The notes under the pieces are model-generated. The model was not told where the DNA came from. It saw only the letters and a list, made by a program, of their open reading frames with translations, and did not search any database. From Cytophagales bacterium (GTDB taxonomy: Bacteria; Bacteroidota; Bacteroidia; Cytophagales; Cyclobacteriaceae), in NCBI GenBank assembly GCA_031416795.1, contig JANOUH010000152.1, positions 9,183-73,182 of the forward strand: 64,000 nucleotides of DNA, read 5' to 3'. Shown here piece by piece: positions 1-9,904 of the stretch. A program made the translations under genes and the position numbers. Positions within the stretch are counted from its first letter, which is position 1; every line of letters begins with the position of its first letter.

Positions 1-1
1 T

Positions 2-838
2 CAGGAAACAAGTGATACATTGGGACATCAGAAAAAAACAAACTACGCACTTCGCGATATTGATAAAGACCAATTTATTAAAGAAGTGACCGAAGGGCTT
101 ATGCCTCCTCCTGTTTATTTCCCTCAAAATGTTCGCATGAATCGTGAAGGATATGACAGTTTTCCCCAGGTCTTAAATCGAGGCACTCAGCAACTTAGTG
201 CCGATGCCTTTGAAGCTGCTGCCAATGAAACTGATGCCTTGATTATTGACACCCGTGATCCTCTGGTCTTTGGAAAAGCATTTATTCCCAATTCAATTAA
301 CATCGGTATCACCGGTACGTTCGCGCCTTGGGTAGGCACATTAATACTGGATGTAAATCAACCTATTTTAATTGTTGCTGATCCTGGCCGTGAAGAAGAA
401 GTGATCACCCGTCTTGCAAGAGTGGGTTACGACAATGCTTTAGGCTATTTGAAAGGTGGAATAGAAGCCTGGAAAATTGCTGGAAAAGAAACCGATTCCA
501 TTACTTCCGTAAACGCAGGCGAACTAAGCCAGGCACTCCATGAAAATCCGAATGCTGTTTTGCTTGATGGTCGCAGAGCCAGTGAGTATCGATCGGAGCA
601 TATTGTAGACGCTGAAAATCTGTCACTCGATTATATCAATGATAACTTCCATCAAATCAAAAAAGACAAAACTTACTACGTGCATTGTGCAGGTGGATAT
701 CGCTCTATGATTTTTGTCTCGATTTTGCGAGCAAGAGGTTATAGAAATCTGGTTGACGTAAAAGGTGGTTTTGCCGATTTAAAGAAATCGGGCAAGTTCA
801 AAGTCACCGATTATGTTATGCCAACCACCATGCTTTAA
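2..838 (+). CDS. MBL-fold hydrolase / rhodanese fusion, C-terminal part (5' end outside window)
   Basis: Frame is open from nt 2 (QETSDTLGHQKK...), so the listed TTG start at 20 is probably internal. Two rhodanese-like repeats, the second with an active-site-loop-like HCAGGYRS. Stop at 836-838. Confidence 0.7.
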   Translation, partial: QETSDTLGHQKKTNYALRDIDKDQFIKEVTEGLMPPPVYFPQNVRMNREGYDSFPQVLNRGTQQLSADAFEAAANETDALIIDTRDPLVFGKAFIPNSINIGITGTFAPWVGTLILDVNQPILIVADPGREEEVITRLARVGYDNALGYLKGGIEAWKIAGKETDSITSVNAGELSQALHENPNAVLLDGRRASEYRSEHIVDAENLSLDYINDNFHQIKKDKTYYVHCAGGYRSMIFVSILRARGYRNLVDVKGGFADLKKSGKFKVTDYVMPTTML

Positions 839-928
839 AATATTCTTAGATTAAAAAGATTCGTTTTTTAGCCAAAAAAGAAGAACAGTCGGAAAATATC
901 TCGTTTTTTTTGCACAAATGAAACATTT

Positions 929-960
929 TAGTACTACTATCAGTTATGATAGTAGTACTA
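929..960. promoter_or_regulatory. Candidate TetR operator: perfect 14-nt inverted repeat with 4-nt spacer
   Basis: TAGTACTACTATCA gtta TGATAGTAGTACTA read directly, with no mismatch. Ends 13 nt upstream of tetR ATG 973. Confidence 0.55.
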
Positions 961-972
961 TTATACTTGATT

Positions 973-1644
973 ATGCCTAACCTTCTTTTTAAGCTCAATG
1001 AGCATCTCTTCCTGCGCAACCCGCAGCATACTCTACTTGGCCAAAATATCATTCGCGTCAGTATAGATATGATTGATCGTCTTGGTTTTGAGCAATTCAC
1101 CTTCAAAAAATTGGCAGAAGAGATCGATTCAACAGAAGCTTCTATCTATCGATACTTTGAAAATAAGCATCGCCTATTACTCTATCTCATTGCCTGGTAT
1201 TGGAACTGGTTGGAGTACCGAATTGATCTGGTAACTATTGGTCTAACTGATCCAAAGGAAAAGTTAAGAGCTTCTGTGAAAGTAATAGCCGAAGAAAAAA
1301 AGTACGACCCAAATTTTGAGTTCGTTAATGAAGAGGCACTCTATCACATTGTTGTTGCAGACCTGGATAAAACTTTTCTCACCAAAGGAGTAGACAATGA
1401 CAATAAAGAAGGTCTCTTTGGTGGATTTAAATCACTATGTAAAAAAATAGCAGGATGGGTGACCGAGGTGAACCCTGATTATCTATATCCTAATTCACTG
1501 GTGAGTACGATTTTACTGACCGCCAAGCAACAAGTTTTCTTTGCCCAGCATTTGCCCTCGCTTACTAATATCAACAGAAACGAAAACCCGCAGGATGACC
1601 TTGAGCACTTCCTGGAGAATATCTTGTTCAAATCCATTCAGTAA
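973..1644 (+). CDS. TetR/AcrR family transcriptional regulator
   Basis: N-terminal HTH signature FTFKKLAEEIDSTEASIYRYFENKHRLL. ATG 973 preferred over ATG 946, which lies inside the palindrome. Stop is 11 nt before the ABC gene. Confidence 0.85.
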   Translation: MPNLLFKLNEHLFLRNPQHTLLGQNIIRVSIDMIDRLGFEQFTFKKLAEEIDSTEASIYRYFENKHRLLLYLIAWYWNWLEYRIDLVTIGLTDPKEKLRASVKVIAEEKKYDPNFEFVNEEALYHIVVADLDKTFLTKGVDNDNKEGLFGGFKSLCKKIAGWVTEVNPDYLYPNSLVSTILLTAKQQVFFAQHLPSLTNINRNENPQDDLEHFLENILFKSIQ

Positions 1645-1655
1645 AAAATATACGC

Positions 1656-3821
1656 ATGCTTAATAACGATCAAATCGTACGATGCCTTCGTGAGGTTGCT
1701 TTTACCATGAAGCATGAATTCTCTGCAGACGATATTCATCACGTAGAAGCAAATCAACGCACATATTCAGAAAGTGACCTCGCTGAATTTAAACGTGATC
1801 TTGTAGAAGCGGGCAATAAGATCAGAGTCCTGTTCATGGAATATCATTTGGATGATCATTCCTTTCAGGACTTCTTCGCCAATCAAAATACACCAGTCTT
1901 GGCGTTTATTCAAGAAGACGGAATTAAACCGGTACTCCTGTCCGTTACTAAAAAAAGAGTTAACCTAACAAAATTCAGTACTGAGCAAACTTCAAGTAAT
2001 CAGGTCTCCTCTATATCATCTATTCCCTTTGTTAAAAACAATCAAGGTGAGATCGGGTTCTTTGCCGTGTTCGCCTATGAAAGCCCTGTGAGTCTTGAAG
2101 GACAAGAAGGTGAACATCCCAGTCCAATAAAAAGGTTATTAAAATTGTTGGGTACAGAGCGGAAAGAGATTTTCTATATTCTGTTCTATGCCATCATCAT
2201 TGGTTTGATTGGATTGGTTGTTCCATTGGGGATTCAAACAACGGTCGAATTAATTTCAGGTGGGGTTTTCTTCAGTTCGGTATACATCCTCATTGCCCTG
2301 GTCATCTTAGGTGTTCTGTTAAGTGGTGGTCTGCAAATCGTTCAAATAAGTCTTGTCGAGTTTCTGCAACGAAGGATTTTTACGAAAGCATCATTAGAGT
2401 TTGCATTTCGAATACCCCGCATTCGTGTAGAATCAATTCAGGCGAACTATGCACCCGAGTTAGTAAACCGATTCTTTGACGTGATTACCATCCAAAAAGG
2501 TCTACCCAAACTACTCATTGATTTATCATCGGCTACCATTCAAATATTCTTCGGTCTTTTACTCATTTCATTATATCACCCCTTCTTTGTTTTCTTTGGA
2601 ATTTTCCTGGTAAGTGTACTATTCGTCATATTTTATACCACTGGTCCTCGCGGATTAAAATCTTCCATCGATGAATCGAAATACAAATATAAAGTCGCGC
2701 ATTGGCTGGAAGAATTGGCGCGTGCTATTCACTCCTTTAAGCTTGCCGGAAGCACTGATTTGCCAATCCGAAAAACTGACTATAACGTAAACAACTATCT
2801 CAAGAACCGGAAGATTCATTTCCGTGTATTGCTCACTCAATTTTCATTCATTGTATTGTTCAAGGCCATGATCACCGGTGGCCTATTGATCATGGGCACG
2901 CTGCTCGTTGTTGACAGACAAATCACCTTAGGGCAATTCGTAGCTTCCGAAATTGTGATCATTCTCATCTTGAATGCGGTGGAGAAAATCATCATGTACA
3001 TGGATGTGGTATATGACCTGCTTACCGCTGTAGACAAAGTGGCGCATGTTACCGATTTGCCCATCGAGCGTGTGGGTGGGTTTGATTTTCCTGTAACCAC
3101 TACTACTGGCTTTAGTGTGAGAACAAAAAATCTGAAATATAAATATGCTACTTCCGGTTATTATGCTTTGAAAGGAATTGACCTGGATATTAAAGCGGGA
3201 GAGACTATTTGTATTACAGGGCAAGGTAATTCTGGAAAAACCACGTTGATGAATATTCTAACCGGCATGTTCTCCGATTATGAAGGCGTGGTCACGATCA
3301 ACAACTATTCACTTCGTGATCTTGACCTCACGCACATGCGCGATCAGGTGGCTAAAAATATTTCACAGGAAGATTTGTTTGACGGAACCATCCTGGAAAA
3401 TATTACCCTCGGAAAAACCGGAACTACGGTGCATGATGCTATCAAGGCATTGGAGCAAGTGGGCTTAAGCGATTCCATCAATGCCATGCCCAGAGGATTA
3501 GAGACCCATCTGATTAGTGGAGGAAAAGGTCTTTCGAAAACGATGATTCAAAAACTGATTCTTGCCCGCTGTCTTGCCAAGAAACCAAAGCTCATTGTGC
3601 TGAATGATTTCTTCACAACGCTTTCCAAGTCAGACAAGATGGAACTGCTTGCTTGTGTAACTAAATCAGAAAGGCCCTGCACGGTGATTGTCGTTTCTAA
3701 AGATCCCATCATCATGAGTGCTTGCGATCGCGTGATTTTGATGCAAGACGGAATGATTCGCATGGAAGGAACCATGGAAGAACTTACCAAGACTCAATTA
3801 TTCAACGATCTCATTTATTAA
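1656..3821 (+). CDS. ABC exporter (N-terminal C39-like cytoplasmic domain + 6-TM domain + NBD with degenerate catalytic motifs)
   Basis: Walker A GQGNSGKTT (3219-3245) and Q-loop present. TM block starts near IFYILFYAIIIGLIGLVVPLGIQ. Domain order matches bacteriocin/RTX-type exporters. Confidence 0.85.
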   Translation: MLNNDQIVRCLREVAFTMKHEFSADDIHHVEANQRTYSESDLAEFKRDLVEAGNKIRVLFMEYHLDDHSFQDFFANQNTPVLAFIQEDGIKPVLLSVTKKRVNLTKFSTEQTSSNQVSSISSIPFVKNNQGEIGFFAVFAYESPVSLEGQEGEHPSPIKRLLKLLGTERKEIFYILFYAIIIGLIGLVVPLGIQTTVELISGGVFFSSVYILIALVILGVLLSGGLQIVQISLVEFLQRRIFTKASLEFAFRIPRIRVESIQANYAPELVNRFFDVITIQKGLPKLLIDLSSATIQIFFGLLLISLYHPFFVFFGIFLVSVLFVIFYTTGPRGLKSSIDESKYKYKVAHWLEELARAIHSFKLAGSTDLPIRKTDYNVNNYLKNRKIHFRVLLTQFSFIVLFKAMITGGLLIMGTLLVVDRQITLGQFVASEIVIILILNAVEKIIMYMDVVYDLLTAVDKVAHVTDLPIERVGGFDFPVTTTTGFSVRTKNLKYKYATSGYYALKGIDLDIKAGETICITGQGNSGKTTLMNILTGMFSDYEGVVTINNYSLRDLDLTHMRDQVAKNISQEDLFDGTILENITLGKTGTTVHDAIKALEQVGLSDSINAMPRGLETHLISGGKGLSKTMIQKLILARCLAKKPKLIVLNDFFTTLSKSDKMELLACVTKSERPCTVIVVSKDPIIMSACDRVILMQDGMIRMEGTMEELTKTQLFNDLIY

Positions 3822-3826
3822 ATACC

Positions 3827-5116
3827 ATGTTAAAGATCTCATCCAATTCAGTAGAAAAAATGATGCAGCAAGACAGGCTTTATTCCTTGCGCTCATTGGA
3901 TACGCCCATGGCTGGAAAAATTTTAGCACGATGGCTCGTTGGCTTAGGGTTCATTTTTTTAATTGTCCTATTCTTACCGTGGCAACAAAACATTCGCGGT
4001 AAAGGAAAAGTAACAGCACTGTCTCCCGGCAACCGACCTCAAACTATTGAGACCGTCATAGCCGGCAGAATTCAAACCTGGAAAGTGCAAGAAGGGCAAT
4101 TCGTTACTAAAGGTGATACGATTGCAATCATCAGTGAGGTGAAAGAGAAATATTTTGATCCACAAATGCTTGGAAGATTGCGTGAAGTAATCGGTTCTAA
4201 GGAAAATAGTTTGCAATCCAAAGACATGAAAGCTCAAGCATTGAAAAGACAGATTAATGCACTTCAAGATGGGATGCGAAACAAAATGGTACAAACAAAA
4301 GCAAAGCTTGAAGCCGAGCGGGTTCGATTTGACAATGCAAAAAATCAATATGAGCGCAACAAAAAGCTTTTCGAAGCGGGCAATATTCCACTCACCAAGT
4401 TTCAGGACATTGAATATAAATATCAAGGCGCTGAAGCTGACTTTGTAAACGCTGAAATAGAAATTGATCGTGCCCAGGCAGAATATCTCGACAAAATAAA
4501 CAAAGCCGAATCGGATTTGAACAATACACTGGCCGAACAATTTGAGACACAGGCAGACATTGCAAAACTGCGAAATGAACTTACAAACATGGAGATCCGC
4601 AGTCAGCAATACTTCATCCTTGCTCCACAAAACGGTATGGTGGTAAAAGCAACACAAGCTGGAATTGGAGAAACTATTAAGGAAGGAGATCCTGTCTGCA
4701 CGATCATGCCGCAATCGGATGATGTAGCTGTTGAGATGTACGTAAAAGCGATGGATGTGCCATTGATCAGCAAAGGTCGAAAAGTTAGGATTGAGTTCGA
4801 TGGATTTCCTGCCATGCAATTCAGCGGCTGGCCCAGTGTGTCTGTTGGTTCCTTTGGTGGAACTGTTGAAGTCATTGACTTTGTGAATTCAAAACCGGGC
4901 GAGTTTAGAATTTTGATAATTCCTGATAAGACTGATGAAAAATGGCCGAATCGAATTCGCAATGGATCGGGCACACAAGGTTGGGTCATGTTGGATAACG
5001 TTCCTGTATGGTATGAAATCTGGCGACAGCTCAACGGCTTTCCGCCTAGTTTGTATGAAGAACCACTTGATGAGTACCTGGAAAAAAAGACGAGCGCTGA
5101 ATCATCAAAAAAATAA
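3827..5116 (+). CDS. HlyD-family membrane fusion protein (single N-terminal TM, long coiled coil, beta-barrel C-terminus)
   Basis: ATG 3827 is 5 nt after the ABC stop. TM ILARWLVGLGFIFLIVLFLPW, then a biotinyl/lipoyl-like hairpin and Q/K/E-rich coiled coil typical of HlyD/T1SS adaptors. Confidence 0.85.
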   Translation: MLKISSNSVEKMMQQDRLYSLRSLDTPMAGKILARWLVGLGFIFLIVLFLPWQQNIRGKGKVTALSPGNRPQTIETVIAGRIQTWKVQEGQFVTKGDTIAIISEVKEKYFDPQMLGRLREVIGSKENSLQSKDMKAQALKRQINALQDGMRNKMVQTKAKLEAERVRFDNAKNQYERNKKLFEAGNIPLTKFQDIEYKYQGAEADFVNAEIEIDRAQAEYLDKINKAESDLNNTLAEQFETQADIAKLRNELTNMEIRSQQYFILAPQNGMVVKATQAGIGETIKEGDPVCTIMPQSDDVAVEMYVKAMDVPLISKGRKVRIEFDGFPAMQFSGWPSVSVGSFGGTVEVIDFVNSKPGEFRILIIPDKTDEKWPNRIRNGSGTQGWVMLDNVPVWYEIWRQLNGFPPSLYEEPLDEYLEKKTSAESSKK

Positions 5117-5120
5117 GAGA

Positions 5121-6581
5121 ATGAAAAAGTTGGTCATTATTCTCCTGTTCGTTGTGTCTGGTGTGCACTCACAAGCACAAAAAGGATTTGACTCTCTGTT
5201 TGTCTTGTCCGATACGATAACCGTATTCAGTCTCGAAAATCTGTATGCCACCATGCTGGAGAATCACCCCATTGTGAAGCAAACAAATTTATTGCCCGAG
5301 ATGGCCAGGCAGGAAGTGCGTCTTGCCCGTGGCGCATTTGACCCGAAACTTGAGACCAGGTTGAATGTGAAGGAGTACGATGACAAGAACTATTACAACA
5401 AATGGATTGCCTCCTTCACTGTGCCTACCTGGTTTCCCATTGATCCTAAAATTGGTATAGAACGAAACACCGGTGCTTATCTTGATTCGGAAAGTTCATT
5501 GCCAGCTGCCGATAACAACAAACAACTCTTCACCGGAATTTCATTGCCCATTGGTCGTGGTCTATTTACTGATGACCGAAGAGCGGCCATGCAACAAGCC
5601 AAGCTCTTCACTAAAATGGCCGAAGCAGAGCAAATCAAATTAATCAATAAAATTTTACTGGAAGCCGCAAAAGATTACTGGCAATGGTATTTTTCTTTTT
5701 ATAACTATCGACTGCTCGACCGCAACGCAGTAATCGCTGAAGAGATTTTCAGCCGAGTGAAATTGAACGCACAATATGGTGAGGCCAGTGTTATCGATAC
5801 CGTGCAGGCACAAATTATTTTACAACAGCGACTGGTGGAGCGGCAAGAGGCTTATCTGGAATTTGTAAACTCAGGAATAGAAATTTCTAACTATCTGTGG
5901 GATGAAAAAGATAACCCATTGCAGCTCTCAAACAATGTAGCTCCTGTCCTTGTGCAAAGTGATGGTGTATTACTTTCCGTACAAACGTTGGAAGACTTGA
6001 CCCTTCAGGCAAAACAAAATCATCCTGATCTGCTAAAACTTAATGTAAAACTGAGCCAACTGGAAGTGGATCGTAAACTCGCTGTCGAGTACATTAAGCC
6101 CAAGCTTGATCTAAGCTATAATTTTCTTAATCAGCCACTCAATCCACAAGGTGAGTTTCAATCATTCACTTTTCTGAACGACTACAAATTTGGTCTTGAC
6201 TTTGCGATGCCCATATTGATCAGAAAGGAACGGGCAAAACTGGCCCAGACAAAAATCAAAATTCAGGGCACAGAATATGAACGTACTCAAACTGAACGTG
6301 AAATTATTAACCAGATAAACTCAATCTTCAATCAATTGGTGAATACAAATCTTATTTTAAGTCAGCAATCATCCGTTGCTAAAAATTATGAGCGATTACT
6401 AACGGCTGAAATTCTTAACCTCGAAAATGGTGAGAGTGATTTATTCAAAATCAATATCCAACAAGAAAAACTGATTCAGTCTCAATCTAAATTATTGAAA
6501 TTAAAAGCTGAATACGAAAAAATGAAAGCGACATTATACTGGGCTGCGGGAGTAAGAAACCTCAACTTCCAACAGAATTAA
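5121..6581 (+). CDS. TolC-family outer membrane efflux protein
   Basis: ATG 5121 is 4 nt after the HlyD stop. Signal peptide MKKLVIILLFVVSGVHSQAQ. Two-repeat OEP-like architecture of about 480 aa. Confidence 0.85.
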   Translation: MKKLVIILLFVVSGVHSQAQKGFDSLFVLSDTITVFSLENLYATMLENHPIVKQTNLLPEMARQEVRLARGAFDPKLETRLNVKEYDDKNYYNKWIASFTVPTWFPIDPKIGIERNTGAYLDSESSLPAADNNKQLFTGISLPIGRGLFTDDRRAAMQQAKLFTKMAEAEQIKLINKILLEAAKDYWQWYFSFYNYRLLDRNAVIAEEIFSRVKLNAQYGEASVIDTVQAQIILQQRLVERQEAYLEFVNSGIEISNYLWDEKDNPLQLSNNVAPVLVQSDGVLLSVQTLEDLTLQAKQNHPDLLKLNVKLSQLEVDRKLAVEYIKPKLDLSYNFLNQPLNPQGEFQSFTFLNDYKFGLDFAMPILIRKERAKLAQTKIKIQGTEYERTQTEREIINQINSIFNQLVNTNLILSQQSSVAKNYERLLTAEILNLENGESDLFKINIQQEKLIQSQSKLLKLKAEYEKMKATLYWAAGVRNLNFQQN

Positions 6582-6667
6582 TGACCAATTAACGCTCCTT
6601 GAATTTTATCTTCCGATGAATTTAAGTTCGGTATCTTATAAATAGTTATTTTGCTAAAAAAGCAGTC

Positions 6668-7210
6668 ATGTTTGTAACCGAACAATCCGCTATATCAATA
6701 AAAAAAGTGTGCGTCACCGGTCCTGAGTGCACAGGTAAATCAGAACTGTCGCAATATTTAGCAGAATATTATAAAACATGTTGGGTGAAGGAGTATGCAC
6801 GCGCTTACCTGGATAAGCTTAACCATGCCTACCAGCAGGTTGATCTGACAAAAATAGCGCATGGTCAACTGCGCATGGAAGATGAATGGATGTATGATGC
6901 CAACCGGGTGATGATTTGTGATACCAACCTGATCACCATAAAAATCTGGAGTGAATTCAAGTTTGGCAATTGCGATGAGGAAATAATTACCCGATTGAAT
7001 TCTCGCACCTATGATCTCTACCTTCTTTGCAATATTGATTTGCCATGGCAAGAAGATCCTCAACGTGAACATCCTGATAAGCGTGAACAACTGTGGTCTA
7101 TCTACAAGAATGAAATAGTGAAAACCGGAGTTCCCTATGTTGAAATAAGTGGTGATCGTGCGGCAAGAACAGCTAAAGCTAAAGAGGCAGTCTCTGCTCT
7201 TCTTCAGTAG
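6668..7210 (+). CDS. NadR-type (AAA_28-like) P-loop ATPase / ribosylnicotinamide-kinase-like protein
   Basis: P-loop VTGPECTGKS; small 180-aa protein resembling the C-terminal kinase domain of NadR. Confidence 0.65.
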   Translation: MFVTEQSAISIKKVCVTGPECTGKSELSQYLAEYYKTCWVKEYARAYLDKLNHAYQQVDLTKIAHGQLRMEDEWMYDANRVMICDTNLITIKIWSEFKFGNCDEEIITRLNSRTYDLYLLCNIDLPWQEDPQREHPDKREQLWSIYKNEIVKTGVPYVEISGDRAARTAKAKEAVSALLQ

Positions 7211-7222
7211 CATGATACTTTG

Positions 7223-8464
7223 ATGACTGAGTTAAAACCAAATCCTTACGCGGCCCTTCAAGTTCGTGACTTTCGTCTTTTTATTCTCTCACGACTTTTT
7301 ATTACGCTGGCCATCCAAATACAAGGCGTAGTAGTTGGGTGGCAGATCTATGAAATAACCAAAGATCCGCTTTCACTTGGGTTGATCGGTTTAGCGGAAG
7401 CGATACCAGCCATCACCGTTTCATTGTATGCCGGACATCTGGCGGATATCGTTGAACGAAAGAAGATTATTGTCTTTTGTGTGATCTTACTGGCATTCTG
7501 TTCAGCCGCACTGCTTTACTTCACCACCAATCTGGGCGCCTTTGTATTAAGCAATGGAACCTTGCCTATTTATTCAATCATCTTCTTCACAGGTCTTGCA
7601 CGCGGATTTCTTTCTCCTGCCAATTTTTCTTTCATGCCTCAATTGGTGGATCGCTCACTTTATCAAAATGCCATTACCTGGAATAGTACAGTTTGGGAAA
7701 CTGCTGCTGTAGGAGGACCAATGATAGGCGGATTGATCTATGGATTTTTTGGAATTACTGCCGCTTATACCGCTGATTTTGTTCTGGTTATTTTGGCCAT
7801 GATTTGTTACTTCATCATACCAAACCGATCACTGCCTCCTGCAAGTGAAGAGCAAGGTATCTATGAAAAGATAAAAGCAGGAATAAAATTCGTTTTCAAT
7901 AATCAGATCATACTGAGTGCCATTAGCCTGGATTTGTTTGCGGTGCTATTCGGTGGGGCTGTGGCACTGCTTCCCATTTTTGCAGAAGAGATTCTTCACG
8001 TTGGGGCAATGGGGCTCGGCTTCTTGCGTTCCGCTCCAGCCATTGGCGCTTTGATCATAGCTGTGTATATGACTCACAATCCGATTCGAAAACACATGGG
8101 TAAAATTTTACTTTGGTGTGTAGCCGGCTTTGGATTTTGCATGATTGGATTTGCCCTCTCCACTAGTTTTATTCTATCGATGGGCTTGTTGATTTTGAGC
8201 GGTATGTTTGATTGTGTAAGCGTAATTGTGCGTGGCACACTCATTCATACCTTAACACCAGAAAATATGAAAGGTCGTGTATCGGCCGTGAATAGCATGT
8301 TCATCGGTTCATCGAACGAAATCGGAATGTTTGAATCTGGCGCAGCAGCAAAGTTAATGGGAGTGGTGCCTTCAGTAATTTTTGGCGGATGTATGACCAT
8401 CGGGGTTGTGATCACTACTGCGTGGAAAGCAACTAAACTTCGAACATTAGAAAAAATTCACTAG
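7223..8464 (+). CDS. MFS transporter, MFS_3 / EntS-like (transmembrane secretion effector) family
   Basis: About 12 TM segments. N-terminal FRLFILSRLFITLAIQIQGVVVGWQIYEITKDPLSLGLIGLAEAIP pattern typical of EntS-like exporters. ATG 7223 preferred over TTG 7220. Confidence 0.8.
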   Translation: MTELKPNPYAALQVRDFRLFILSRLFITLAIQIQGVVVGWQIYEITKDPLSLGLIGLAEAIPAITVSLYAGHLADIVERKKIIVFCVILLAFCSAALLYFTTNLGAFVLSNGTLPIYSIIFFTGLARGFLSPANFSFMPQLVDRSLYQNAITWNSTVWETAAVGGPMIGGLIYGFFGITAAYTADFVLVILAMICYFIIPNRSLPPASEEQGIYEKIKAGIKFVFNNQIILSAISLDLFAVLFGGAVALLPIFAEEILHVGAMGLGFLRSAPAIGALIIAVYMTHNPIRKHMGKILLWCVAGFGFCMIGFALSTSFILSMGLLILSGMFDCVSVIVRGTLIHTLTPENMKGRVSAVNSMFIGSSNEIGMFESGAAAKLMGVVPSVIFGGCMTIGVVITTAWKATKLRTLEKIH

Positions 8465-8574
8465 CGCAAGTAAGGATTATTCCTTTCAACAACTCTCGCT
8501 GCCATCAACAAAATCAAATATGAATTAAGAATTATAAACTCTAAATTCAATTTAAATTACAAACCTACTTGTGC

Positions 8575-9864
8575 ATGTCCACCCGCAGATCATTTTTTCA
8601 AAAAGCAATCGGTGCTGCAGGCGCCTTGTCGCTCACACCATTGGTCAGTCAAGCTATTTCTGAAGACATCTCCGATGCATTGTTTTCGCTCAATAGACTT
8701 TCTCCTTTTGATGCCGCTACCGATGAAGAATTATGGGCACGCATAGCGCAAGCTTACACGGTCTCGCCTACGATTCTAAACCTCAACAATGGTGGTGTAA
8801 GCCCACAACCAAAAGTAGTACAGGATGCAGTAGATCGCTATTATCATTTGAGCAATGAAGCCCCCTCCTACTACATGTGGCAAATTTTAGATCGCGGTCG
8901 CGAACCTTTAAGAAGAAAACTGGCAGAGCTTGCAGGAGTTAGTCATGAAGAGCTAGCCATCAATCGCAACACTACTGAAGCATTGGGCACTTTCACGTGG
9001 GGCATTGACATGCAACGTGGTGATGAGATTGTGATGACCAAACAAGATTATCCCAACATGATTCACGCCTGGAAACAACGTGAAATGCGGGAGGGAGTAA
9101 AAATCAATTGGATCAATCTCAACTAGCCTGTTGATAATGATGATGTGGTGCTAAATGCTTATATCGATGCGACTACATCCAAAACTAAGATCTGGCACAT
9201 TACTCATTTAATTACGTGGACGGGTCAGATCCTTCCGGCTGCCAAACTCTGCGCTGAAGCCCGCAAGCGCGGCATCATCAGCATAGTGGATGCCGCTCAT
9301 TCTTTTGCGCATATCGATTATAAAATTTCTGATTTGAATTGTGATTACTTTGGCACCAGCCTACACAAATGGTTGTGCGCTCCTTTTGGCACCGGGTTGA
9401 TGTATGTGCGCAAACCTCTCATCGAAAAAACATGGCCTATCTTTCCAAACGATAAACCACTAAGTCCGGACATTCGAAAGTTTGAGGCGCTGGGCACGCG
9501 ATCATTTGCTCCGGAGCAAGCCATTGGTCAGGCTATCGATTTTCATAATGCCATAGGAGGGAAAAGAAAACAAGAACGCCTTCAATACCTGAAAAAATAT
9601 TGGTGCGATGCCGTAACAAAAAATCCCCGAGTAAAACTTCATATTTCTCTTAAGCCCGAATACTCCTGCGCACTTGGTACCTTCAGCATTGACGGAATGG
9701 ACGTAGGTGATATCTCTACTAAACTATTTAGCGAATACGGAATTCATACCGTATCCATCAAGTGGGAAAATATAAACACTGTGAGGGTAACGCCTCATGT
9801 GTACACTACCACGAAAGACCTTGACCGGTTTATTGATGCCGTATTGAAAATTGCAGCATCATAA
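8575..9864 (+). pseudogene. Tat-signal class V-fold PLP-dependent enzyme (isopenicillin-N-epimerase / PvdN-like architecture) interrupted by one in-frame TAG
   Basis: Twin-arginine signal MSTRRSFFQKAIGAAGALSLTPLVSQA; PLP-lysine context GTSLHKW. ORFs 8569-9126 and 9145-9864 share a frame, separated only by TAG at 9124-9126 (..INLN*PVDNDDVV..). Confidence 0.8.
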
Positions 9865-9904
9865 TTTTACAGTCATAATTTCCTAACCTGTTCCCAAACC
9901 TTAT

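Noticed and set aside
946-972. ATG 946 as the TetR start (as in the ORF track)
   Set aside because: This ATG sits inside the 32-nt operator palindrome and adds a hydrophobic MIVVLLYLI extension atypical for TetR proteins. ATG 973 is preferred, though not proven.
3974-4819. 281-aa ORF antisense to the HlyD gene
   Set aside because: It lies entirely inside the coiled-coil region of HlyD, whose GAA/AAG/CAA-rich codons give a stop-poor reverse complement. The product is low-complexity with no recognisable motif, and the sense gene is clearly real.
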